A program made the position numbers and the translations under genes. From Tubulanus polymorphus (Eukaryota > Animalia > Nemertea): a DNA stretch of 64,000 bases. This document shows positions 1-9,265 of the stretch, piece after piece. The DNA is taken from NCBI RefSeq assembly GCF_964204645.1, contig NC_134032.1, positions 3,992,175 to 4,056,174 of the forward strand. The letters run 5' to 3'. The notes beneath the pieces are model-generated. The model worked only from the letters and a program-made list of their open reading frames with translations. It was not told the origin of the DNA and searched no databases. The number at the start of each line of letters is the position of its first letter. The first letter of the stretch is position 1.

Positions 1-1014
1 AACATTTTGAGGAACCTAATGGCCAGAATCGTTGACAAACTGGGTGGTGAAATCTTATCGGATTTGAACTACAGCTTCGTCTTCCAGACCTACAAAGATC
101 TGTGGCTTACGGACAAAAGGCGAAGTAACATGATTCTGGATGGAATCGGCAACGAGAACTTGAGGAAACTCAGATCGGATGCAGAAGACGCCTTCAAAAC
201 CAACACCAAGGAAACGATGATCAAGTCGGTGTTTAAGAACAGGTACGCCATACCCATTGATTTCGAACTGTACACGGACCACGGTCCTTTCTATCCGTTC
301 GCAATCAACGAGGACTTTGTTAGGGAGATCACTTTCAACGAAATCAAGTTCACTGTAACCGGGAGTGCGGAGGCATGGGGATACTCCGTGAAAAATATAG
401 CCCTCGAATACGACACCGTGCATTCGGCGGAGCTCGCCAGACAGATCGAAGCCGACCTGTCCGCCGGGGTAAGCTTCTTGTACGACTACGTCACGTTCTT
501 CAGGAGTCAATCCACGGGAACCTCGACAATTCTGAACGTAAACGTTAACGTTCCCCGAAGGTCGATGAAGGGCCTGTTGATATTCTTTCAAGAAGAGTTT
601 GACAACGGGCAGTACGATTCCGAATCCACCTCGTTTCAGAACCCTAACATCAAGAACGTCGATGTCACGATCGAAGGAATATCTCACAAAGTGTACAAGC
701 AAGGACTGAAACCTTACCAACAATGGGAAGAGTGCAGAAGATTTCTGATGCCAGAATCGGCCAAAGAAACCGACGAGTCGCACATAGACGAGTTCTCGTT
801 CTTCGTCGACGACAAATACGCATTGTGGATCGATCTCAGAAGCACAGACGACAACTCGCTTCACGGATCTGGTCTAAGGTTGGTCAACACAAAGGACGGC
901 GTTCAGTTAGCCATCACCCGTACCAGCACAATGGAGTACACGATGTTCATTTACGTCGTAGCCGACGCCCAAGTAAACATCCAGAACAACCAATTAAAGG
1001 CGATTCTGTTCTAA
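1..1014 (+). CDS. Major capsid protein (probable double jelly-roll), 5' truncated by window edge
   Basis: Frame open from base 1. Beta-rich protein with motifs YAIPIDF..DHGPFYP, NVNVPRRSMKGLLIFF, NPNIKNVDVTIEG and YALWIDLRS..LHGSG, which I recognise from invertebrate Polinton-like MCPs. Directly upstream of a packaging ATPase. Confidence 0.78.
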   Translation, partial: NILRNLMARIVDKLGGEILSDLNYSFVFQTYKDLWLTDKRRSNMILDGIGNENLRKLRSDAEDAFKTNTKETMIKSVFKNRYAIPIDFELYTDHGPFYPFAINEDFVREITFNEIKFTVTGSAEAWGYSVKNIALEYDTVHSAELARQIEADLSAGVSFLYDYVTFFRSQSTGTSTILNVNVNVPRRSMKGLLIFFQEEFDNGQYDSESTSFQNPNIKNVDVTIEGISHKVYKQGLKPYQQWEECRRFLMPESAKETDESHIDEFSFFVDDKYALWIDLRSTDDNSLHGSGLRLVNTKDGVQLAITRTSTMEYTMFIYVVADAQVNIQNNQLKAILF

Positions 1015-1026
1015 TGTATAGCGGAG

Positions 1027-1638
1027 ATGGATAGGCTTTGGTTACAGCCCCCGTTCAACATGATTGTGTCGGGGCAAACGAACTGCGGAAAAACGCACTA
1101 CGTGCTCGACCTCCTACAATCTGTCTATCGCAGCAAATTCCACAATATAGTGATTTTCTGCCCGACTTTCCTCGAGAACACCACCTACGATAGATCGTTT
1201 GTGATGAAGGACCCCAATATCTTCGTCATGAACCCGGGTTCGGTGTTAAACGACCTAGACGGTTTGCTTTCCACGTGCACCAAAGTATACGGCGATCCTC
1301 ATTGTCAAACTCTGTTTCTTATAGACGACTGTGCCAACTTGAGGGATACTAAAACCAAGTCGTCCGAATTGACGAAACTCGCGTTCTCGGGCCGTCATCT
1401 GAATATCTCAGTGTGGGTGCTCACTCAAAAATACAACGCCGTTGTGAAAGATTTCCGAGAAAACCTGAGAATGTTAGTCCTGTACCACCAAAAAGACGAG
1501 GATGGTTTAAAGGATGCTCTGCGTGAAAACAACATCGTCCCGAAAACCAAAAGGGAACGTGTGATCGCAGATCTCTCTGCTAGGAATCGGGCCCGTCTCG
1601 TCATGCGCCTCGAGTATCCATTCGCCTACGGGGTTTAA
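1027..1638 (+). CDS. A32/FtsK-HerA family DNA packaging ATPase
   Basis: Walker A GQTNCGKT, Walker B LFLIDD, and the GRHLNISVWVLTQ motif typical of viral packaging ATPases. Confidence 0.92.
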   Translation: MDRLWLQPPFNMIVSGQTNCGKTHYVLDLLQSVYRSKFHNIVIFCPTFLENTTYDRSFVMKDPNIFVMNPGSVLNDLDGLLSTCTKVYGDPHCQTLFLIDDCANLRDTKTKSSELTKLAFSGRHLNISVWVLTQKYNAVVKDFRENLRMLVLYHQKDEDGLKDALRENNIVPKTKRERVIADLSARNRARLVMRLEYPFAYGV

Positions 1639-1665
1639 ATTTTGGACGACTAACATATAGCGAAC

Positions 1666-2169
1666 ATGGACGAAGTCTACGACGAACTACTGAGTGACAT
1701 TGGGTTGGATGTAGAATCACCCGAAGACGACGAGTCGGAAGGGCGCAGGCAGCTACTTGTCGGGCTTTCTCAGAGCGGGTTGCTTGCAAAAATAGGTATC
1801 AAGAAATCCGAAGGTCAACTTAAGAAGATGAACTCAAAAGCGCTCGAACGGGTGTGGACGGAGTACGAAAACCGTTATTCCGCCGCGGTTTCCGACAGTC
1901 TGATCAACAGCATACTCTACGGTTATTCCAAGCTCTGCAAGTGGTTCAGACCTAACGTAGACACAGAACAGCTAAACAAGGAGTTGACTGAAAACTTTGT
2001 TATCACCGCCGAGATGAAAAACCAGCTCGGCCATCTGGGTAGGATTCTGAAGACTGCCATACTCGCAATCGCGAACGTGGCGGTAATCACCGGGAAGAAT
2101 ATGGCAGATTCTGAGGAAAGTGACTTGTCCACTTGTCCGCAAGTAACTAGTCCACTTGCCGATAAGTAA
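1666..2169 (+). CDS. Hypothetical protein of the viral module (167 aa)
   Basis: Intact ORF, co-oriented and tightly packed, TATAG motif 5 nt before the ATG. Confidence 0.7.
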   Translation: MDEVYDELLSDIGLDVESPEDDESEGRRQLLVGLSQSGLLAKIGIKKSEGQLKKMNSKALERVWTEYENRYSAAVSDSLINSILYGYSKLCKWFRPNVDTEQLNKELTENFVITAEMKNQLGHLGRILKTAILAIANVAVITGKNMADSEESDLSTCPQVTSPLADK

Positions 2170-2216
2170 CTTGCCCACTTTCCCGTAAGTCGTATTTTCC
2201 TCTCTTGCATATAGGG

Positions 2217-2540
2217 ATGGAACTTGAACAAGTGGAACAAGTGACGGCTAACCCGCATAAACAAAAGTCCCCTGGTCGAGTCGCATGGGGCAAAAAGCTT
2301 GCCGAAATAAGTAGGCAGTAGCGAGCCTCGAAGAAAACGGCTGCCCCGATTGTCGGTTCCGACGACGAAAACAGAACCCAGTCAAAACACCTGCAAATGT
2401 GGATCGCGATAGGCGGGTTGTTAGTGGGCCTCGGAGCTCTATACTATCAGAGAATGGCGCTAAACCAAACCCCGAAACCCGAAGAAAACACGGAACCAAC
2501 ACCCGAACCTTTAACTTGTCGCCTTGTGGAGATGACCTAA
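2217..2540 (+). pseudogene. Small viral membrane protein with internal TAG (2319-2321)
   Basis: Manual translation: MELEQVEQ..KSPGRVAWGKKLAEISRQ*RASKK..MWIAIGGLLVGLGALYY..; one TM segment; TATAG before the ATG. Confidence 0.65.
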
Positions 2541-2565
2541 ATTTTCTGTAGATAGATATAGCACG

Positions 2566-2805
2566 ATGGCAACGAATCCAGACTATCGAACAATCGCAAA
2601 CGTACTTTATCACTCGGCCGTTCTAAGCGGACTGACCGTAGGGTACGCGATGCTCGGGAAGAAAATGCTACGCTTCGATGTGGGTGATCCCTCCAAGGCT
2701 GACCTTTCCGAAGCTATGAAACTCACGGTTGCGGTTTCTTTAGCAACCATCTCCTAGGATTACCTGGAGAAGTCGAAAATCCTGCCCCCAAATATAGGGA
2801 CCTAA
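2566..2805 (+). pseudogene. Small hydrophobic viral protein with premature TAG (2755-2757)
   Basis: The frame continues past the stop as DYLEKSKILPPNIGT* and ends 2 nt before the next gene. Confidence 0.65.
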
Positions 2806-2807
2806 TC

Positions 2808-3227
2808 ATGGCTACTGCAGCGGTTATCATCGGCGGCGCCATAGCGAACGCTGTGGCATTTACCGGAGGCCAAGCAATCTATAGAGCGGTACAAGGCGAC
2901 TCCGTAGCTGCCCAAGAACGAGAGAGGCACGACAAGGCTATGGAGCGATTGAACGCGGCAATGGTGACCTGGAACGAGAAACGGCAAAAGACACTGGACT
3001 ACCTCAACAGGGAGCTGCAAAAAGAGATGCAGACAAAAACCGACTTTTCGGACGTGGATGAGGCCCTTAGGCTTTACAACAGTACCAGGAACGACAAACT
3101 ATCTTTGAGCCAGCGGCCGGTGCCAGGCGATTTCTATTCCCCTTCAGACGCCCAATTGAACAGTGAGTACGCCTTTATATTAGGCAGTACAATTCTGACC
3201 GGCGTCATCGCGTACAAATATCTGTAA
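2808..3227 (+). CDS. Viral membrane/coiled-coil protein (139 aa)
   Basis: Hydrophobic Gly/Ala-rich N-terminus (GGAIANAVAFTGG), central helical ERHDKAMERL..W..R..LDYLN, C-terminal TM segment. Confidence 0.75.
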   Translation: MATAAVIIGGAIANAVAFTGGQAIYRAVQGDSVAAQERERHDKAMERLNAAMVTWNEKRQKTLDYLNRELQKEMQTKTDFSDVDEALRLYNSTRNDKLSLSQRPVPGDFYSPSDAQLNSEYAFILGSTILTGVIAYKYL

Positions 3228-3230
3228 GTT

Positions 3231-3726
3231 ATGGACGACCCCTACGGTATATTGCCTAAGGAGTTTGATCTCGAAAGGCTCGAGAGAGAACTCGAAGACT
3301 ACGTAAACCCTCCTCTTCGGTTGCAGATCAAAAAGGTTCCGAAACCGAAACAAGTCCACATCCCTCCGGCGAATTACGACTATCGAATCGCGGTTTGGAC
3401 GGTGGGTTTCTCAACATTCCTACATGCGCAATGATCAGATATTGCTTGCCGACGTCTATCAACTCTTCCTCGAAAAGTTTCCTCGTCGGAAAAACTTCCT
3501 TTCCTACGGATTCTTCTTAAACCGAATCCTCAAGCTACATGGAAAGCCGGAACGTAAGTTCGGGAAAGAACCAGTGTCGAAATTTGCTTTGGCACAAAAC
3601 TGGAATTTGTGGGAAGCGTACGAGGAGTGGATCCAAAAACAAATGGACGAGTTCGATGTTTCCGATTCTTGCAGAAATTCCTGGCTTAATTATAGACGAT
3701 GGCGGAATTCGACGTTGATCCGATAG
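3231..3726 (+). pseudogene. VLTF3-like (poxvirus late transcription factor 3-like) gene, probably frameshifted near 3385
   Basis: FLEKFPRRKNFLSYGFFLNRILKLHG...QNWNLW resembles the RKNFLSY.Y.L...G...Q..IW C-terminal motif of VLTF3. Two overlapping ORFs can be joined by one frameshift. Confidence 0.5.
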
Positions 3727-4828
3727 ACTGGGACGTGGAGCCTCAAGATGACGCCGTAGGCGAGCTCATTCCCATGGAAAACCTGGGAGAAAAAGACGGC
3801 ATCATCGACTCGCTGCTCGGTAAATTCGGCGGTAACCTGGACGACATGGAGTGAGCCCTGATGCGCCTGCAACTACAAAAACAAGACGATACCTGGTTCT
3901 TTCAGACGGAACTGAACGGTGATCCAGTTCGGGTGAAACTTACCGGTAGGAGCGGTCAAGTACTCGCGCATAGTACCATCTCGAAAGCGAAAGGGGGCTC
4001 TGAGTTTTTCCATGCTCTGGGCCCGGACAGACCGGTGAGAATGGAACGAGACCCGTTGAAACCATCTATCGTGGAGCGCTTGTCGGTGGATAACGAGTTG
4101 AGTTTGCAGCAGGAAATAGAGGACATCGTCAATGACGACAGGGCTCCGCTGAGACCAGAAGACAGACGTGAACTCCGGGGGGTAGCTACTACTTTGGTTT
4201 CTACGTCCAGCAAAATTAAGTCAGCAGCTGTAAACGTGGAATGGGCCCAACGAGAACTAGAAAAGGCTCAGAAAGAGCGCGATGACGCGGTGTCCGAACA
4301 AGACATTCGATACTGGGACGACGAAGTAGAAAGGTTCGAAGCTCAGGAAGCAATATACAGGCGGACCTACGAGGCTCTACGGCAGGGGGAGACTTCTCAG
4401 ATCGAGAGGTTGAAGAGGCTTCTGAAGAACGAAGATAATCGGCCCTCGGCGTAAAGATCCGGGAGTTGTTCAAACAGAAAGGGATTACGTTGGTGAGCGT
4501 TGTCACGGCCGTCGTTATGACTATCACGAGCATCGGGCTCGCAATCGCGAACGGGCTCAAAAGCGTAGTGACACCCAGTCCGCCGGTTGGACCGGGAAAA
4601 GAACCCAAGTCCAGGATTCGAGAAGCTCTGAAAAAGTTCGCGGCGTTTCTTAAATATCTCGCAGGGAAAGGAGCTGCCGCGTTGCCGGGAATGATCGGAA
4701 CGGTGGTTAGCTTCCTGTTGAGGAAAGCCGGAGAAGCAGTCGGATTCGTGGCCGAGCACTTGGTGTTGTTGTTTATCGCTGCAGTCGGTCTGTCTTTCCA
4801 AGTCCTGAGCAAGAAATTCTCGCGTTAG
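3699..4828 (+). pseudogene. Coiled-coil plus C-terminal hydrophobic viral protein, disrupted by TGA at 3852 and a frameshift near 4445
   Basis: ATG 3699 is in frame with ORF 3861-4454. A frameshift joins it to ...LGVKIRELFKQKGITLVSV (4466-4828). A homolog occurs at 51108-52559. Confidence 0.7.
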
Positions 4829-4839
4829 AAATAGGAAGG

Positions 4840-5558
4840 ATGTTAGTCATCCACTGTTACGGTAAGGATCCGACTGTGCGTCTAAAAACGCATCTCGACA
4901 CGGGTGGCTTCAAAACTGTGGCCTTAAGACGGGCTGTCATTCCTCTGGCTTACTTCAACGTTTCCGACAAACTGAACAACCACAGGTTTCGCTACATGAC
5001 CGGAGAAAGGGTGGCGAGCACCAACAAAAAGTGTTCAACTTGATTATCAGGAATGGACTTTACACGGTTGAGAGTTTGAACGACGAAATTCAGCGAGTCA
5101 TAACCCGAAACGGTCACAAACCGGGCTTCATTAACATAGCCTACGTGGAGGCGAGGGGGCGCATCGAACTCAATGTCAAAAAACCGTACCGAGTGCTCTT
5201 CAGCGGCTCCATCACCGATCTGTTGGGAGTCCCGGAAGGATATTACCCAAACGTCGAAGGTAAAGAGGTTAGTGTAAGGGGTACGAAAGAATGTAGGTTT
5301 ACCAGGCATACGGAATACCGCGTAACGTACAATCTCGTTGACGAATCGAGGAACTTCCTAAACGGGGTGCCCTCGGACCTGATCGCCATTTTACATCCGA
5401 AAGCAGGTCAATACGGCGAGTCATTTGAGTACGTTTACGGGGTACCGATACCAATTAAGGAAGGCGGCTTCGCCGACGTAGTGGTCAAGGTTTTCAATCA
5501 GGACATGGAGGAGATTCGATTCCAGGAACCGCTCCAAATTTTGCTCGCATTAGAATAG
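4840..5558 (+). pseudogene. Minor capsid (penton-like, single jelly-roll) protein, frameshifted near 5030
   Basis: YFNVSDKLNNHRFRY..IRNGLYTVESLNDEI matches the N.....NN.F.Y..I..G.Y....LN..I pattern of Polinton/PLV minor capsid proteins; beta-rich. Confidence 0.62.
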
Positions 5559-5560
5559 AG

Positions 5561-6019
5561 ATGAACTTGTACAGGGGATTAGGGAAAACACAATCCACCA
5601 CAAAACCTGTGATAACCGTTTGGGCCGAGGAAAAAGGACCCCTTGGTGAGGGCTCTTACGAATTTTCGTACGGTGATGTGTCGCGATCCCAGTACGCGGG
5701 CTACACGATGATGTGTCCGGGGAGAGTGCTAAAAATGGGCCTCTCCGGTGGCACCTTGACAACTAATACCACAGTAGTGTTGACCGTCAACAGGGTGGAA
5801 AAAGGAGAAATCACGAAAGAGGCTCGGCTTTTACAGGGCCCGATCAAACCCCAAGGTAAAGGAGTCTTCCAAGCCGCGGTCAAAACGTTCTCTCCACCAG
5901 TCGAATTGGCCGAGGGCGATGTCATCAATTTCAAGTCGTCGAGATCGCCCGCTACTCGAGCAATAGCTACGATAGCTTCACTCCTCATCGAGCTCGACAT
6001 TTTCCCGCATAGTATATAG
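5561..6019 (+). CDS. Hypothetical beta-rich virion protein (possible fiber/spike domain)
   Basis: Intact 152-aa ORF packed between neighbours; YEFSYGD..GYTMMCPGRVLKMGL. Function is inferred only. Confidence 0.6.
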   Translation: MNLYRGLGKTQSTTKPVITVWAEEKGPLGEGSYEFSYGDVSRSQYAGYTMMCPGRVLKMGLSGGTLTTNTTVVLTVNRVEKGEITKEARLLQGPIKPQGKGVFQAAVKTFSPPVELAEGDVINFKSSRSPATRAIATIASLLIELDIFPHSI

Positions 6020-6020
6020 C

Positions 6021-6632
6021 ATGGATAGCGACACTAAACTTTACCCAATGGTTCCAACTGAGCCTAGTGCTCCAACTGAAGATGCGTCGAACTTCCGACT
6101 GCAGAAAATATGCGAAGTCCAGAAAATTTTAGAGTCCGAGGGACAATCCCGCGCTGCGCTCTACAAGAAGTATAAAAGGGCGGTGAATACCATAGATGGA
6201 TTTGACGTGGCTTTCGTGACGGCTAGCATAGCAGTCGCGGCTACGGGTGCCGCTGGCGTGCTTACAAACATAATCACCATCCCCGTTGCGACCGTCCTAG
6301 GCGTCTTAGGCGTCTCTGGGAAGATAGTCGGTCGGAAGCTTCTGATCAAGGCTAAAAAGCACGACGAAATTCGAGTGTTAGCCTCTTCCAAACTAAGCAC
6401 CGTGTCAGATCTTGTATCGAGGGCAATAAGTGATGGAGTTGTTTCGGATGACGAGTTCAAGCTGATTCTAGCCGAACAGAGGAACTATCAGACTTTGAAG
6501 CAGGATATCAAGTCACAGGCTCATAAAAAACACGGGTCGATCACGATCGACGAGGCTACAAAAAAGGACCTCATCAGGCAGGGCAGGGAGCAGGCCAGGG
6601 CTTCCATCATAAAAAAGCTGGATGGAGGTTAA
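6021..6632 (+). CDS. Viral membrane protein (203 aa, central hydrophobic hairpin)
   Basis: KLYP..PSAP..FRLQKI..LYKKYKR, two hydrophobic segments, KAKKHDEI..LASSKL..VSDDEFKLIL. Intact. Confidence 0.75.
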   Translation: MDSDTKLYPMVPTEPSAPTEDASNFRLQKICEVQKILESEGQSRAALYKKYKRAVNTIDGFDVAFVTASIAVAATGAAGVLTNIITIPVATVLGVLGVSGKIVGRKLLIKAKKHDEIRVLASSKLSTVSDLVSRAISDGVVSDDEFKLILAEQRNYQTLKQDIKSQAHKKHGSITIDEATKKDLIRQGREQARASIIKKLDGG

Positions 6633-6641
6633 CGTTAGAGT

Positions 6642-7085
6642 TTAACAGAGACACGTCACCCCCGGATTACTACCATTGAGAGCCGCTCCCGATTTAGCTA
6701 GTTGGTCCGCCATCTCATTCCCGTGTACCCCCTGGTGACCCCTGACGTATTTGAAAGATACGGAGACTCGGTTATTCAGACCATCCAGTTGTGTCCAGAG
6801 ATCGCGGTGTTTGACGTTTTTCCAGCACCTGGCTTTCCACGTCTTGATCCAATCAGTGATACCGTTTATAACGTATTTCGAGTCGGTAAAAATTTGCAAG
6901 GAGTTAATACCAAGCTGGATGGCCTGATTGAGAGCCACGACGACAGCGGTTAATTCACCTCTGTTGTTGGTAGGTGGATAGACGACGCCACAGGTGTTTA
7001 AGGGACTGTCTGGTCCCCAGTAGACGCCGTAGCCCGCACGAGCCTCGTCTGCACCGTTTCTCAGGCACGAGCCGTCTGTATACAC
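6642..7085 (-). CDS. Ribonuclease H1-type domain (C-terminal part of RT-RNase H gene)
   Basis: All catalytic motifs present: YTDGS, TNNRGEL, TDSKY, VRGH..GNEMADQLA, plus W..WK..W. In frame with the RT ORF across a single TAG at 7134-7136. Confidence 0.93.
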   Translation of the reverse strand: MYTDGSCLRNGADEARAGYGVYWGPDSPLNTCGVVYPPTNNRGELTAVVVALNQAIQLGINSLQIFTDSKYVINGITDWIKTWKARCWKNVKHRDLWTQLDGLNNRVSVSFKYVRGHQGVHGNEMADQLAKSGAALNGSNPGVTCLC

Positions 7086-7133
7086 TTCGGGAATATGCTC
7101 CGGATAGATGTCGAATACGTCGAACGCTCGCGT

Positions 7134-8864
7134 CTAGCTACAGGGGAATTTTTCTGGGTCGGGGGTGGCGTGCGCGAATATTCCTAAGTAGTGGCGTTTC
7201 ATGAACGCCTTCGAGTTTTTATGGTTGAGGGATTCGAAAGCGAGATCGAGATAATGGCTGTTTTCGAATTTCGAGATGGCCACTTCAACGATTTTTTCGT
7301 CGGGAGAAGTGATAAGGAAGTAGACCTTCAATGCATAAAGCCAGTGGTATACGGTGGACGGTACTTGAAAAGTGAGCAATCGACGGTGACCCGATTTATG
7401 CAGCGTGTTTACAAAGACACTGTCGATTAACTGCAAGCAATTATCAGACAGGTCGTTGATCATGAGGTCATGGTAATCAGCTCTCAGCATATAGTCTATA
7501 GCGATATGAACCTTTGTCCCGCTTTGTATATCGGCGTTATCTATGTTTGCGAGTCGTTGCCTGAATTTTGTGAGGAGAATTTCACCCACCCCTTCCTGTC
7601 CCTTGGGACTTAAAATTTTGCCTAGATACGGCGTTGTGTCATCTGCATAGGCTAGGGATGTCCCGGTTGACAGTATTCTAACGAGGGGTTCTACGCACAG
7701 GATGAAAATTAGGGGGCTAAGAGGGCAACCCTGACAGACCCCTCGTTTGTAGGGGATATCGACCGTGCCCCAAGGACCTTTGAATTTGCTAGAAATTTGA
7801 GAATACAGCGCCGTTAGGTACCTATACCAGCTTGCGGGAATTCCAATGACAGATAGCGTTTCACTTACCAGTTCGTGTTCGATTGAACCGAATGCATTTT
7901 TAAGGTCAAATAAAGTCACAAATGAGTCATTTTCAGTTTTTTCGGCTTCGATGATTTTAGTCTCTAATAATTCAGAATGTTCCAGTGTCCCGTAAAGGCC
8001 CGACACGAATCCTTTTTGTACGGCAGTGTCGATGAATCCGTTCCTAATGACGTGGCGTTCTATGCGTTTCGCCATTATCCGATGAAGGAGCCTTGAGATC
8101 ACGCTTGTAACCGCAATCGGATGATAGTTAGCAGGATCCCGGCGGTCCCCTTTCTTGAATAGAAGCGTCACAATACTGGTGCACCACGCCGAGATTTTCG
8201 AAGGTGGCCTTCCCGTATCTAGTATGTCGTTGTAAAATCGCGCGAGTCGATGGGTGTGCTGACGGAGATGTCCGTATTTGATCCTGTCTAGACCTGGAGC
8301 GGACTTTGGGTTGCTGCTCTTCAAGGCTTTTTCGATTTCAGCTGCGGTTATCGGTGACATATCGAACGGGAACGCAACGTTCTTGACGGGTGGCTTAGGA
8401 ATAGGACCGGTCTGCTTATTAGAATACAGGTCCGTGAAGTATTCCTTCACCCGTCGTTTAGTCGGAAATGCATCCTCCTGCGTTTGATTGCTCGGGGAAC
8501 CCGTAATAATCTGCTTGGCTGTTGTAAAGAACCGATTTGCCTTGTTGAGTTTGCTGATTTTTCTCACTAGGCCGAAGAATTCTTTCGAGCTGGCTTCATT
8601 CTTGAACAGCGTCTTCCGTAATTCACATTTCCGCTGTTTCAGGGTTTTCGGCAACCCGGCTTTAATGTCACTCACCAGGTTTTGATAGATCAGATCTGTG
8701 TCCATTTCTGACCACGCAGAATCAATATCCACCTTGGTGAGTGAAACAGGACTCTCACGAGACGCGCTTCACCTGGTGTGTTGGCCGGGCCTGGCCATGT
8801 CCAAGGGACATGACTCTGGTTGCCTGCCGATGTCTCGGTTGTTTGCCGGCTTCTGCGTCAGCAT
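7134..8864 (-). CDS. Non-LTR-type reverse transcriptase (RLE-clade-like: R2/NeSL/HERO), disrupted copy, no endonuclease domain
   Basis: Motifs SAPGLD, LLFKKGD..NYHPIA, QKGF..GTLEH, DLKNAFGSIEH, GVCQGCPLSP, YADD, YLG. In-frame ATG at 8864 with a TGA at 8769-8771; main open frame 8732-7134. Confidence 0.92.
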
Positions 8865-8959
8865 AGAACTTCCTAGGCTATTTCGCAATCAGTGACAATC
8901 AGGTCGCAATGTAAATATCTATGTAAATAACACTTTGTTGTAGGTGCATTATAGCGGTT

Positions 8960-9265
8960 GGTTTATAGGGGCCGGAGGGGGTTTGCCGGCCCCTTGGCGT
9001 GTTTTCCATGGTCCACAGGGGTTGTCTTCTTAGGGTATTTAGGTGGAGAAAAAGCTTTGAGGGGGTACATGGTACACCGGGGTAAGGATGGGCTGCGCCA
9101 GAACCGGGGTCGGGCTGCGCCAGAACCGCGGTCCACAGGGGTTGTCTTCTTAGGGTATTTAGGTGGAGATAAAGCTTTGAGAGGGTACACGGTATACCGG
9201 GGTAAGGATGGGCTGCGCCAGAACCGGGGTCGGGCTGCGCCAGAACCGCTATTTTGTATACTACT
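8960..9265. repeat. Putative right terminal (inverted) repeat of the Polinton-like element
   Basis: GC-rich, with two 120-bp direct subrepeats (about 9010-9249) each holding two GGGCTGCGCCAGAACCG units. Ends ACTACT at 9260-9265, followed by a shift to AT-rich DNA. The partner TIR is not in the window. Confidence 0.65.

Larger units (their letters stand above)
1..9265. mobile_element. Endogenous Polinton/Maverick-like (adintovirus-like) element, right-hand part; left part lies outside the window
   Basis: Compact block of abutting genes (capsid, packaging ATPase, minor capsid, membrane proteins), visibly GC-richer than the flank. Ends in a tandem-repeat-rich segment terminating ...TATACTACT (reverse complement AGTAGT..., the Polinton terminal motif). 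Several nonsense and frameshift lesions. Confidence 0.85.

Noticed and set aside
55-864. 269-aa antisense ORF and other antisense ORFs over the viral genes (e.g. 4216-4812)
   Set aside because: Shadows of real genes on the opposite strand; no recognisable motifs.
6642-7085. Host RNase H1 gene
   Set aside because: Intronless, lacks the N-terminal hybrid-binding domain, and is in frame with the RT inside the element.
2217-8771. Alternative genetic code (stop reassignment) in the viral element
   Set aside because: Both TAG and TGA occur internally, TAG also ends genes, and frameshifts co-occur; ordinary decay explains the pattern.
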